Source: Octopus vulgaris
Taxonomy: Eukaryota
Assembly: GCA_951406725.2 (NCBI GenBank)
Contig: OX597822.1
Span: 33,480,001 to 33,544,000 of the forward strand
Direction of reading: 5' to 3'
Length of the DNA stretch: 64,000 nucleotides
Positions 38,225-50,762 of the stretch are shown in pieces. The notes below the pieces were generated by a model. The model did no database searches. It saw only the letters and a program-made list of their open reading frames with translations, and was not told the origin of the DNA. How positions within the stretch are numbered: position 1 is the stretch's first letter; the number at the start of each line of letters is the position of its first letter. Both the position numbers and the translations under genes were made by a program.

Positions 38225-38643
38225 GATCCTTTCGGTTTGAACGGCTGTTTTTTCTAGCGGTGTCATATGAAATTGTCACCCATAATTATGACCCTAGTAT
38301 CGATCTATTGCATTTCAATCTGTTTTAGGGTTAGGGTTAGAGGTGGGGGGGAAAGGGTATCTTTTTTTCTTCACGAATGTAAATAAACTCAATCTGTTTC
38401 TTAAACGAGGGACATTTTCATACGGCACAGAATGTTTTCACCTCAATAGACGTCATTGATTGGTTGAAATTGCAGAAATTGAAGAAGAAAAAACAACAAA
38501 TATCTTACAAACTATAGAATTTTCTCAATAAAGCCAAGAGAAAAAGATGTTTTATAAACACATTCTACCAGTATACGAAGTTTAAAAGTGTTTAGTTACG
38601 TGGAAATTATTTTAAAAAACTGCCGTTCAAACCGAAAAGATCC
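38225..38643. mobile_element. TIR MITE (GGATC family)
   Basis: gatcctttcggtttgaacggc...gccgttcaaaccgaaaagatcc; internal ttagggttagggttag. Confidence 0.85.
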
Positions 38644-39409
38644 GAAAAGCAGGATAAATACAACATGCCGTTTATACCATTTGTTTCCTACGCTCGTTTC
38701 ACCATTGTTACTGTCGGCATCTTCTGCAACGGGTATTAACAGCGCATTTGGATACAAATTCATAACGGTTCTTCGGGAGAACATTTTATTGTATAATGTT
38801 GAAAATTTTAGGCTCATCGTTTTTGATGAAATCTATCTCACAAACTTTATTTGGAATGTATCATTTAATATAAATATAACTGATATATTTTGAAACTTCT
38901 TGGAATAATTTCCCTTTTAAAAATGTATGTTGGGAGTAAGACACGTAAATAAAATACGCACACGTACAAAGAAGGAACATATTCTATACCAGTAAATTCA
39001 AATTGATTCTACCCACGCGTGTTCTTGTATATTCTCTATTAATTCATACATATATACAAAACAGCTAAAATATACGAAAACATATGTTAAGATTAAACAA
39101 GTTTTAATCTTGCTGTGTGTGAAAAGTGGAAGATTTTTGAGTTAGATACTAAGTTGAGGAGACAAGGCCTGCCAAGACAATCAAACAGTTGTAATTTCAA
39201 GAATAATACAGAGGGTGACTTAAAAGTCCTTTAGCATATATACAATATATAAGTATATATTTAGGCACACAAATATCAGGCCACAGTTCAGCCCAACACA
39301 CTGAGGCACACATAAATATCAGGCCACAGTTCAGCCCAACACACACAGACACACACAAATAAAGTCTAGCGAAATTTTTGCCATTACCACTGGGGAAACA
39401 GGATAGAGC

Positions 39410-39820
39410 TTGCATCCATGTAATTCCTCTGTCTTTATGACAGTACAGGAAGAAGGCAAGCGCACGCAAGGTGGACAGAAAAAGCGCTTCGAAGATACAC
39501 TAAAAAATTCAGTGAAGAGCTTTGATATGAACCCCGACCCATGGAATGCAAACACAGGACCTCCCTGCCTGGCGAAGCTGTAATCTGAAAGGTGCTAACT
39601 TCCTACGGACAGAACAGGATTGCAGAGGCACAAAGAAAACGCGAACTACTCAAATTCAGAGCCAACCCCTTGCTTCCAATCGCAGCAGACAACCAGTGCC
39701 CGACTTGCGGTAGGGCCCTCCGAGCACGCATCAGACCGATCGGCCACAGCCGGACATACCGAGCTCCGTCTTCTTCGCCCAAACGATATCCTTGGTCATC
39801 GACGACAACAGCAGACGTAC
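39410..39820 (+). mobile_element. RTE-clade LINE 3' fragment with C-terminal zinc-finger-like motif
   Basis: EGKRTQGGQKKRFEDTLKNSVKSFDMNPDPW..QDLPAWRS..RIAEAQRKRE..CPTCGRALRARIRPIGHSRT; frameshifted. Confidence 0.8.
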
Positions 39821-40139
39821 TAAGTTGGGTAACCCCTTTAGTCTTTTACGTGCTTAAGCCTAAAAGGTATGGCCATGCTGGGGCACCGCCAATGAAATTA
39901 TAACATATGGAGGAAGAATCCAACAGGAATCGATCTCGATATCTCTCGCGTGCTAAACGATTGCTCTACTACTTGAGCTAATTTTATTAAACGCAGCAAT
40001 TTGTCTGCCGCACTCTCTTTACAATCTTCACACCCGACGGAACCTTGTTCTCTGCCCCTAGGAGGAGAAAATGCACTCGGGTGTGTGAGAGTGTATGCGT
40101 TGCATTGGGCGTTCCGTGTCTGTATAAACTCTGCCCCAT

Positions 40140-40544
40140 CACTACAGCAAAGGTTATCACCACTACGACTACTACCTCTACCAAAAACAATACCACCACT
40201 ACGTCCGCTACTCAAATCACCATTACCACTACAACTATTACAAATACCAGCATGGCCGCCACCACCACTACTACCGCCACTATTACTACTACTACTACTA
40301 TTGCTGTTACTATTACCACAACTGCTACTACTACTCTAAAAACAAACAACCGCCATCGCAGCCGCCGCAACCACTGCGGCTGCCACTACTACTACTACTA
40401 CTAAAAACACCACCATCGCAGCCGCCGCCACTACCACTATTATCACTACCATTGCCGCCACTGCTACCACCACCACAACCACTACTACTACTCTTGCTAC
40501 TACCACCACCACTACTATTGCTACTACTACCACCACTATTGCTG

Positions 40545-40575
<31 letters not shown>

Positions 40576-40620
40576 AACTACTGCTGTTGTATTTGTTGTA
40601 GTAGTTGTTGTTATTGCTGT
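40140..40620. repeat. Cryptic (ACT/ACC)n trinucleotide low-complexity tract
   Basis: Directly visible. Confidence 0.9.
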
Positions 40621-41577
40621 CCACCAGGTAATTATAATAACCATATACAATGGTGACCAGTTATTACACCAAGGTGGACACGTGTGAATCGGTTAATAAT
40701 AATTACTTACTGCTGACAATATATCACCTGATAATGAAGAAACGTCACAAAAACAAACGAAGCTAAGTGAAGGCATGATTGTGTGGTGTGTGGATGGAGG
40801 GTGGAGGAGCATATATGTTGGGGGATGGGACGTGGCTTAGTGGTCAAGGCGTTTACACTCATGATCGTAAGATCGCTGTTTCGATTCCTGGACCGGGCGA
40901 CGCGTTGTGTTCTTGAACGAACCACTTCCTTTCACGTTGCTCCCGTCCACTCAGCTGGCAAAGATGAGTAATCCTGCGAAGGACTGGCGTCCCGTCCAGG
41001 GGGAAGTGGATGTATATGCCACAGAATCCGGGAAACCGGCGCTTACGAACTAATGTGTCAGGAAGGAACCTTGATCTTTTCTTTTTCCTGACATTTACTG
41101 CTACTTCCCTGAGCATATGGCCGAGTGAGTGTGGTGTGGCGTGGTGTCGTGTAGTGTCGTGTCGTGTAGCTAAGAAGTATACATCGCAATCCTGGAATTA
41201 CGAGTTCGATTCTGCTCTTTCAGCATCTTAGGCAAGATGTTCCCCCATCATAGTCTCGAGTCAATCAAGCCTTGTCGTGAAGCCGTTGTTGTTGTAGGGG
41301 TTCTGTCACTGTTGCTATTATTGTTGTTTGTGGTGCTGGTGGTGGTACTGTTGTTAATGGTAGTCCTTCCTGACACATTAGTTCGTAAGCGCCGGATTCT
41401 GTGACATATACATCCACCTCCCCCTGGACGGGACGCCAGTCCATCGCAGGATTACTTATCTTTGCCAGCTGAGTGGACTGGAGCAACGTGAAATGAAGTG
41501 GTTCGCTCAAGAACACAACGCGTCGCCCAGTTCAGGAATCGAAACAGTAATGGTAGTGGTGACAGGGGTTCTGCCAC

Positions 41578-41609
<32 letters not shown>

Positions 41610-41741
41610 TTGGTGGTGGCGGTGACGATATTACTGTTGCTATTGGTAATGGTGGTGCGTTGGTCATGTTGTTTATGGCAGTGGTTGTGGTGGTAGAGCC
41701 GCCGTTGGTAATGGTGGTGGTGTTGCTGTTGTTCGTGTCAG

Positions 41742-42200
41742 TTTTGTTGTTATTAGTTGTGGTGGCGGCTTTGGTGGTGACGTCGTTGGTATGGCAGTAG
41801 TGTGGTTGTGGTTGTTATTGTTGTTCTTGTTGTTGGTGGTGGTGGTGGTGGTAGTTGGCTATTGTTTAGCACCATACTGACCCGGTCATTCCCTGCTGAC
41901 ATATTACTCAACAAGTTTCAACAATGTTCCTACCAACCAAATTTTCTCCGTCACAAAAGGGTTTTTTGTTATTGTTGTTGTTGTTGTTGTTATTGTTCTT
42001 TTGGCCAACTGGAGTTTGTTATAAAGACGGGCTGAGATACAGAAACCAATAAATCCAGTGAAGGTCAGTAACAACAATTCATAAGAAACGGAGTTCTTAG
42101 AAATTCACTGTTATGTACAATTGTCACGTAGAGTAAAGATCTTATCACTGGGGGGAGGAGGATCTCTCGTCTTCAGCAGAAAGTACAGAAAAAAAAAGCA
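41742..42200 (+). repeat. About 450-bp direct duplication; second copy at about 45197-45624
   Basis: Both copies share ggttggctattgtttagcacca..ctgacccggtc..ttccctg..catattactcaacaagtttcaac..gttcctaccaaccaaa...cgtcttcagcagaaagtacagaaaaaa. Confidence 0.9.
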
Positions 42201-42514
42201 CAATAGTTTGGCTATCGACTGCCAAGCAAGTGGCACTCTTCATAGTCAGACAAATTAAATTTGTATATATATATATACGTATGTGTGTGTATGAGTTTGT
42301 GTTTGTCCCCCCCCAACATCGCTTGACAACCGATGCTGGTGTGTTTAGGTCCCCGTAACTTAGCGGTTCGGCAAAAGTGACCGATAGAATAAGTACGAGG
42401 CTTACAAAGAATAAGTCCTGGGGTCGATTGGCTCGACTAAAGTCGGTGCTCCAGCATGGCCGCAGTCAAATGACTGAAGCAAGTAAAAGAGATATATATG
42501 CATGTATATATATA

Positions 42515-42899
42515 CTAGCAGTATCGCCCGGCGTTGCTCAGGTTTGTAAGGGAAATAACTATAAAGCATTTTTAGAGAGTTATAGCCAAAAAATAGCAAA
42601 AAAATGGAAAAAAATGATGGTAAATTTTTTTTTGAGATTTAAATAAGGTAGAGTTGCGTCCCCTACACAGTTTGTGGTTCGTATTCCTGATTCTCGACCC
42701 CATGTCGAATTTATCGATTTTTTTCAGAACTGGGGGAACTTTTCAAAATTTTCGCTGCGTTAGTTTTGAATTATGACATTGGGCTATGTGTGTGTCAAGT
42801 TTCATCAGAATCGGTTGAAAGCCGTGGTCAGGGTGAGGGTACGAGAAAACAGACACACAGAAACACGCACAGACAAACTGCCGTTTATATAGAGAGAGA
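42515..42899 (-). mobile_element. Non-autonomous Helitron (variant 5' half)
   Basis: 3' hairpin and CTAG are nearly identical to 14190-14589; 5' end ATCTCTCTCTATATAAAC; different interior. Confidence 0.75.
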
Positions 42900-44601
42900 T
42901 ATGTCTGTGCAGGTGTATGAATATATATGTATGTGTGTAAATATATGTGTATGTATGGATATATGTGTGCATATATATTTGTGACTGTGTCAATACAGTG
43001 GGTGTATGAATACATACAAGTTTGTTTATGTATTTACATTACTGTTATTCCGGTTGTGTTTTATCTTTCATTTGTTTTGTTTTGTTTTTTCGTTTTTGTT
43101 TTTTTTCTTTAGGCATCGATTTCCATCCGTGGAATATGTTTTGAAAACTCATAAATATTTGCATGTTTTCGTATCATTGGATATCCATACTGTCACACCA
43201 TTCAATTAACTGCTGGTAAAGTAGGAATATTATTTGATATCCCGAGAAGACCAAACCACGTATATTCTCACTCCATCGCAACCACTATCACCACTACTAT
43301 TACTATTACTACTACTGCTGCTATTACACACGTCATCCTCATCAGTCGTATATGAAAATAATTAACTGTTGAGAGTAAATTACAAAAGTGTCGAGAAATC
43401 ATTAAAGACATGCATATGACATGCTGAATAAATTCATAACTGAAATCTATTAATCAAACTTAATTAGAATTTTAAGATAGTTTATAATTAATTTCTTACC
43501 TCGTTTTTTCGTATTGAATATTCAAAGGATTTCTTAAAATTTTATCGACAAAAATTTGTGGAACTTACCTGCAAAAGACAAATTAATTAAACATTATAAT
43601 CAAACTGATGAATGCTATCTGCATTAAATTTGATAATTAATTAAACATTTTCAAACATCTTACTTACATCAACAGCGACAGGTACAAAAAATTAAAATAA
43701 TAATTGCACAATTCATTAAAATGTGTTTCTAACCATTGACAATATTTTCTATTATAAGATAATAAATAAAAAAAAAGCTCTTTTCCGAGCCATATAGACT
43801 CATAGGGTGGGTTTCCAGGATTCTCTGGTGTATGTACACCCCACTGGATGGGATGCCAGTCCCTCGCAGGAAAACTCACCTTTGCTGGCTCAGTAAACTG
43901 GAGCAACATAAAACAAAGTGTTTTGCTCAAGAACAACGCATTGTCTGTTCCAGGAATCAAAACAACAGTCTTACGAGCATTATTGCTACACCCTGACCAT
44001 TAAACCCTGCACCTACCAATAAAGGCACAAGGCGATCTGGCAGAAACGTTAACACGCCGTGCGAAATTATTAGCGGTATTTCGTCTGTCTTTACGTTCTG
44101 AGTTCAAATTCCGCCGAGGTCGACTTTGCCTTTCATCCTTTCGGGGTCGATTAAATAAGTACCAGTTACGCACTGGGGTCGATATAATCGACTTCATCCG
44201 TGTGTCTGTCTTTGTTTGTCCCCTCTGTGTTTAGCCCCTTGTTAGTAGTAAAGAAATAGGTATTTCGTCTGTCTTTACGTGCTGAGTTCAAATTCCGCTG
44301 AGGTCGACATTGCCTTTCATCCTTCGTTTCTGCCAGCTCGCCACCTTGAGTGTATAATAATATTATGCCACACAAATTCAATCAGATACATATCTGATAA
44401 ACCTAAGCAATTAATTTCTCCTGTCTATATTTCACCATGTCGAAAGACAACCAATGAAAGAAAAAAATTACATAGAGAGTAATAACGAAGATCCATTAAT
44501 TAGTATAAAAATTATTGACCCCAGAAGAATGAAAAGCAAAGCTGATACTAGCAACATAGACACACCGTGTGCAATCCATCATTTTCAAGGATCTAAACAG
44601 T

Positions 44602-44991
44602 TTTTGGAAGCACTCCGTCGGTTAAGTCGATGAGGTTTACGGTTGATCCGAATCAACGGAACAGCCTGCTCGTGAAATTAACGTGTAAGTGGCTGAGCAC
44701 TCCACAGACACCCTTAACGTAGTTCTCGGGGATATTCAGCGTGACACAGAGAGTGACAAGGCCGGCCCCTTAAAATACAGGTACAACAGAAACAGGAAGT
44801 AAGAGTGAGAGAAAGTTGTGGTGAAAGAGTACAGCAGGGATCACCACCATCCCCTGCCGGAGCCTCGTGGAGCTTTTTAGTTTTAGGTGTTTTCGCTCAA
44901 TAAACACTCACAACGCCCGGTCTGGGAATCGAAACCGCGATCCTATGACCGCGAGTCCGCTGCCCTAACCACTGGGCCATTGCGCCTCCAC
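44602..44991 (-). mobile_element. Full-length tRNA-derived SINE with 12-bp TSD
   Basis: GATCTAAACAGT at 44590-44601 and 44992-45003; intact A/B-box head tggcccagtggtt...gtttcgattccc. Confidence 0.92.
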
Positions 44992-45888
44992 GATCTAAAC
45001 AGTATCTACCAGGGATTAATGCCGCCTTCCTTGCCTCCATCATATTGTTTCTCATGGGAGCAAACATGATTGACAAGACCAGTACGAGGTAGACAGATCC
45101 CATGGAAATGAAGGCACTGAAAGTGACCCTAAACAATAGTTGCAGAGGGTGGGGGTCGATGACAACGTCTCCTCCTTGTGTTCTTGAGCGAAACACTTTT
45201 GTTGTTATTAGTTGTGGTGGCGGCTTTGATGGTGACGTCGTTGGTATGGCAGTAGTGTGGTTGTTATTAGTTGTGGTGGTTGTTCTTGTTGGTGATGGTG
45301 GTGGTGGTTGGCTATTGTTTAGCACCACACTGACCCGGTCGTTCCCTGATGATATATTACTCAACAAGTTTCAACACTGTTCCTACCAACCAAATTTCCC
45401 CCGCCACAAAAGTTTTTTTGTTGTTGTTGTTGTTATTGTTATTGTGACCAACTGGAGTTTTTGTTTATAAAGACGGGTTGAAATACAGAAACCAATAAAT
45501 CCAGTGAAGGTCAGTAACAGCAATTCATCAAAAACGGAGTTCCTAGAAATTCACGTGAAGTGAAGATCTTAACACTAGGGGGGAGGGGATCCTCGTCTTC
45601 AGCAGAAAGTACAGAAAAAAAGCAGTCTCCAGTGCAGTCTTTTTTAAATCTTTTATTTTTTGTTTCAGTCATTAAACCATGGCCATGCTGGGGCACTGCA
45701 TTGTAGGGTTTAATCGGACAAATTGACCCCGGTGTGGTTTGTTTTCAAGATTGGTACCCTACTCAATCAGGCTCTTTTGTCGAACTACTGAGTTACAGGG
45801 ATGTAAACAAACCAGCAGTGGTGGGGAATCAGTACAAAGACACACACTCAGATATACGTGTGTGTGTGTGTGTGTGTGTTTGTTTGTG

Positions 45889-45941
<53 letters not shown>

Positions 45942-46049
45942 GCCCATTTTAGTAAATAAATAAATAGACATAATATAATGTCTAAAAGTTGATGAATACC
46001 ACCTATTGATCCCCTCCATTTTCTTATTGCTCTTTCTCTCTCTCTCTCG

Positions 46050-46091
<42 letters not shown>

Positions 46092-46590
46092 CAATGGACT
46101 ACTTTCAGTTTCCCCTCTACTGAATCCCCTCAAGCAAATTTGGTTGACCTTGAGCTAAGACACTTGACCAAAGTGCCGCACAGTGAGATCAAACCCAAGA
46201 CCAGGTCGTTGCTAAGCAAGCCTTTTAACCCACATGGTAGCAGAATTATTATTATTATTCTCGGTCTGCTTGTTGATGTTCTACGCATAAAATATGTTAA
46301 CACTCACTTAGCTAAGAAATCAATACCCATGTTTGTATAGATTATCAGTGAGTCAGTCAGAGCTGCCGAGAAGTCAATAGAGGCATGCGCATACTAATTG
46401 AACTGTCTAACAATTCGTACATGTCTTAACACAGTCACAAAGCAGTGTCAAACTTTAATTAGAATGTCGTTGTTATTGCTGTTGCTGTCGCAGTTACCGT
46501 CGCTATTGTTGTTAAGCCCCAAAATGTCAGACCTGTTCATGCTGACCTAATCCACTTGTCACCATCCTGTCACTCGGTAAAACACAGACT

Positions 46591-47023
46591 GGATCTGTTC
46601 GGTTTGAACGGCAGTTTTTTTCCTAGCGGTGTCATACGAAATTGTCACCCATAATTATAACCCTAGTATCGATCTATTGCATTTCAATCTATTTTAGGGT
46701 TAGTTAGGGTTAGGGGTGTGAGGAAAGGGTATCTTTTTTCTTCAGAAATGTAAATAAACCCAATCTGTTTCTTAAACGAGGGACATTTTCATACGGCACA
46801 GAATGTTTTCACCTCAATAGACGTTATTGATTGGTTGAAATTGCAGAAACTGAAGAAAAAAAACAACAACAAATATCTTAGAAACCATAGAATTTTCTCT
46901 TCTCAATAGAGCCAAGAGAAAAAGATGTTTTATAAACACATTCTACCAGTATACGAAGCTTAAAAGTGTTTATAGTTACGTGGAAATTATTCTAAAAAAC
47001 TGCCGTTCAAACCGAAAAGATCC
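46591..47023. mobile_element. TIR MITE (GGATC family) with 8-bp TSD
   Basis: CACAGACT-ggatctgttcggtttgaacggcag...ctgccgttcaaaccgaaaagatcc-CACAGACT. Confidence 0.92.
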
Positions 47024-47998
47024 CACAGACTAACTAAATTCTATATTGTGATTAATCTTAATCTTAAGTTTTCCATTATAATTCTTATTCACATTAAAGA
47101 TGATTTATCGCAATATGACTGGCTGTCATACCTCCAGTCTCTGGTAGGAGACGTTTTCCGCACTGCTTGTTCCATATTGAGTTATCTAAGGCCAGACGTT
47201 TTGATGTTGCTCTTTGTTTGATGTTTCTCCAACTCTCTCGTCTCTCTCCTCTATTTCACTCTGTCGTTCTTCCTCTCTCTCCCGCCTCTCTCTCTCTCTC
47301 TCTCCCCCTCTCTCTCTCTCACTGTGAGTATATTTCCCTTTATGTGTATAAGACTGTGGGTAGGTGTTTATGTCACTGGTTCTCAAACGGAGAGCGGGGG
47401 GGGGTCCATATGACCCTTTTACTGCTTATGACAGCCCATCAAAGGTGATGACAGCATCAATCCAGGGTATTCATCATCCTCTGCCTCCAAAACATTGTTT
47501 TTCATGGGAGCAGACGTGGCTAAGATGACTGATAAGCCAAGTAGATCCTGTGGAACTGAGGGCATCAAAACTCACCCCCGAACAACAGGAGCAAGGGGGG
47601 TTGATGACAATCTCTCCTCTTTTCACACAGTTTCTTACATTCAGTTTCAAATCACTCCACTTCAGCACAACACACAGACCTCCATACCTTCCAATTAACA
47701 GTCGGGAGCTCCAACTAATTAGGAGGGACACCACATAAAATGAGAGACCGCTTGAGATGATTACGTAAACAAAAATTCAGACATTGTTTTTTTTTTACTT
47801 GTTTCAGTCATGTGACTGTGGCCATGTTGGTGCACCAAATCGACCCCTTCATGAGAAGGCCACATTAGAATAATGTAGTCTCTCTAGGGTTGATAATAAA
47901 ACATCAGTCACGTACAGAGATGAATGGAATGAAATGGTTTGGTGCAGCTGTTTAGATGTAGATGATTAAGCAGAACTCATGAGACAAACAGATATGAT

Positions 47999-48238
47999 TT
48001 AACTCCTTTGATACAAACCATCCAAGACAGTTCCTAGTTCTGTGATACAAACTGTGATACAAACTTTCTGTTTTAAAGCGATTCAAATTATAAACTTCCA
48101 TTGAAATTTTATGTTAATTTTTTTCCAAACACCAGCTTAATAATGGCAAGGATATTTTACTAGATTCTTCATTAATTTAAAATTTAATTGAAACAACAGC
48201 ACTGTATTGCAACACAAGTATGGTAACAAAGTGGTTAA
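47999..48238. mobile_element. piggyBac-type MITE, same family as 61161-61380 and a partial copy at about 17833
   Basis: TTAA-ctcctttgatac...ggtaacaaagtgg-TTAA; shared interior ccaaacaccagcttaataat..attttacta. Confidence 0.7.
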
Positions 48239-49185
48239 GGGTAATTCCACTATTATTTCCAACAGGTCATGTGACCATCTTGACATCAATATATCAGGGG
48301 TTACATTGTCCAATATACACATCCCTGTGAATATTCATCTTCAATATAGTTCCATATGTATAGTATTTCTAAGGCATTGATGGTTATTTGGTGAAGAGAC
48401 CCTGTGCTTGAGGAGACCTATTGAATCAAGTACATCAACATCAAAAAATCAAATGGAAATTGTAGTTGTGATACCTTTGCCTGTGGCACGTAAAAAGCAC
48501 CATCCGAACGTGGCCAATACCAGTGCCGCCTTGACTGGATTCCGTGCCGGTGGCACGTAAAAGGCAACAACCGATCATGGCCGTTGCCACCCTGCCTGGC
48601 ACCTATGCCAGTAGCACGTAAAAGGCACCCACTACACTCACAGAGTGGTTGGCGTTAGGAAGGGCATCCAGCTGTAGAAACACTGCCAGACCCCAGTTGA
48701 ACCATCCAACCCATGCTAGCATGGAAGACGGACGTTAAACGATGATGCTGATGATGATGATTTCAAGCAGATGAGTAACCAACCAATCGTTTGGCTTATG
48801 GGGGATTACATCATCCATACCCTTCCTTTTATAAAACATCAATATGTGATGTAAAGGGATGGAGGAGGGGGATTTAGCTGCTATTTCTAGTAGAGTGATT
48901 GACCACATACAGGCTATGTCAGGAGTAAAGTTGTATAGACTAAGAAAATTCCTGGTGAACAGCATCAAACAGACTCAGTTTCAATACAGTTACTTCTTAT
49001 TTGCCTCATTAATAACTAATTAATGGAAATATATCTCGCTTAGTGTCAGTACCAAGATGAGAGAATCAATATGCATTCAATACCCTTTGTGTGAAAAATC
49101 TTCAATGTTAAATTTTATCTGAATTTTAATTCCCCTGAAGAAAACAGGTTTTTTGCATGATATAATTGATTCGCTCATCAATAAA

Positions 49186-49246
<61 letters not shown>

Positions 49247-49791
49247 TGTCTGAAACAGCTGCAGTAAACCTCAGCCCATTTGTGTCATTATTTATAGTAG
49301 ACCACACTTGGAACCTTCCCTACGTTGGATCATGAGCCCACAGTGAGCCATGGACTCAATACCAGGGTATATTTTTGTGTGATTTTATCTGTACACTGAG
49401 TGTATTTGTATACTTGTAAATGTGTGCATGACTGGAAGGACAAATTTGTGCATGGTTTCGTAAGCACATGGGTGTCTATACACATTGTTGATACGTGGGT
49501 ATGCGGCCCTTGGCTCTATATATATATATATATAACAACCTCGAACCCACAAGAGTAGATAAGAGAGACAGAAACAGGCAGAAACAAGGAAAATGCCACT
49601 TGCATTTGAACACTATGCAAATATTCTTTAAAAAAAGACTTTTCTTTTAATTTTTCCAAAATTTAATTGTTTTCCATACTTACAGTTGAAAAACTCTCAA
49701 TGACTGAAACCGGTACTGAAATGTTTTTTATAAAATTATTTTAGCATGTTCTATCTTGACTTTTTTTTTCCATATATATACATATAAAACA

Positions 49792-50192
49792 CTAGCAGTA
49801 TCGCCCGGCGTTGCTCGGGTTTGTAAGGGAAATAACTATATAAGCATTTTTAGAGAGTTATAGCCAAAAAATAGCCAAAAAAATGCATTAAAAATGGAAA
49901 AAAACATGATGGTAAATTTTTTTTTTAATCGTTAACTCATCGTAGACATTTTTAGAGAGTTACTTCCCTTATATAATAGCGAAAAAAATGCATTAAAATG
50001 GAAAAAAATTATGGTAAATTTTTTTTTAAATCGTAGACTCATCATAGACGCGCGCTAATACCCAGAAGGGCTCGATATGAATCACGACTATAAGATACCC
50101 GGTTTTGGTTAAACTGCACCACAAAATGTGAGAGTAGTTAGGAATCAAAATCGTAGGAGACAGACACACAACTTCACGTTTATATATAAAGA
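49792..50192 (-). mobile_element. Non-autonomous Helitron, near-identical to 14190-14589
   Basis: Minus strand A|TCTTTATATATAAA...cccgagcaacgccgggcgatactgCTAG|T. Confidence 0.88.
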
Positions 50193-50718
50193 TATGGTAT
50201 AATTATAAACAGGGCAAATTTTAGTCATTCCTCCACAGACTGTAAAAAATTATGAACAACCTTCATTAATTTTTTAATCTTATTCGGTTCTCATCAAAGG
50301 CGACCACATCAATCTGACAGTCCCCTGAGAAACAAGCAGCCAAACAGTTTATATACTCAACAAATGCAGCAGTTACTCTATGAAGGAGTCACTAATTTGC
50401 ATACCAAAAGTGTTTAACCCTTCCTAGAATTAGGATTGAATGAAAGTGGTGATAACTAAAGTATGCTTGTTCCCAAACAACACTTATTTTAGTGCTGTTA
50501 ACACCACCGGATTGAATGGTACAGCATAGGTGTCGAAACCATTGTGATATCTGTGGTGCAAGTGATGTTGGAGGCGTGTTGGATTGTTGGTATGGCTGTT
50601 ACTGTATGTGCAGAATAGTTTTATAAGACATCCATTTGATATATACATATATACACACACGCACACACACATCTTTTTATATATAAGCATATTTACATTT
50701 ACCATTTATATATATATA

Positions 50719-50762
<44 letters not shown>

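Noticed and set aside
38323-38350. Interstitial telomere
   Set aside because: Only 2-3 TTAGGG units, and they are an internal part of a MITE.
39263-39345. Two-copy, about 42-bp tandem repeat (similar small duplications at 5170-5215, 32597-32630, 48041-48065)
   Set aside because: Ordinary slippage duplications with no further structure.
44915-44991. tRNA gene
   Set aside because: A/B boxes are present, but there is no complete cloverleaf acceptor stem and the sequence continues into a SINE body flanked by a TSD.
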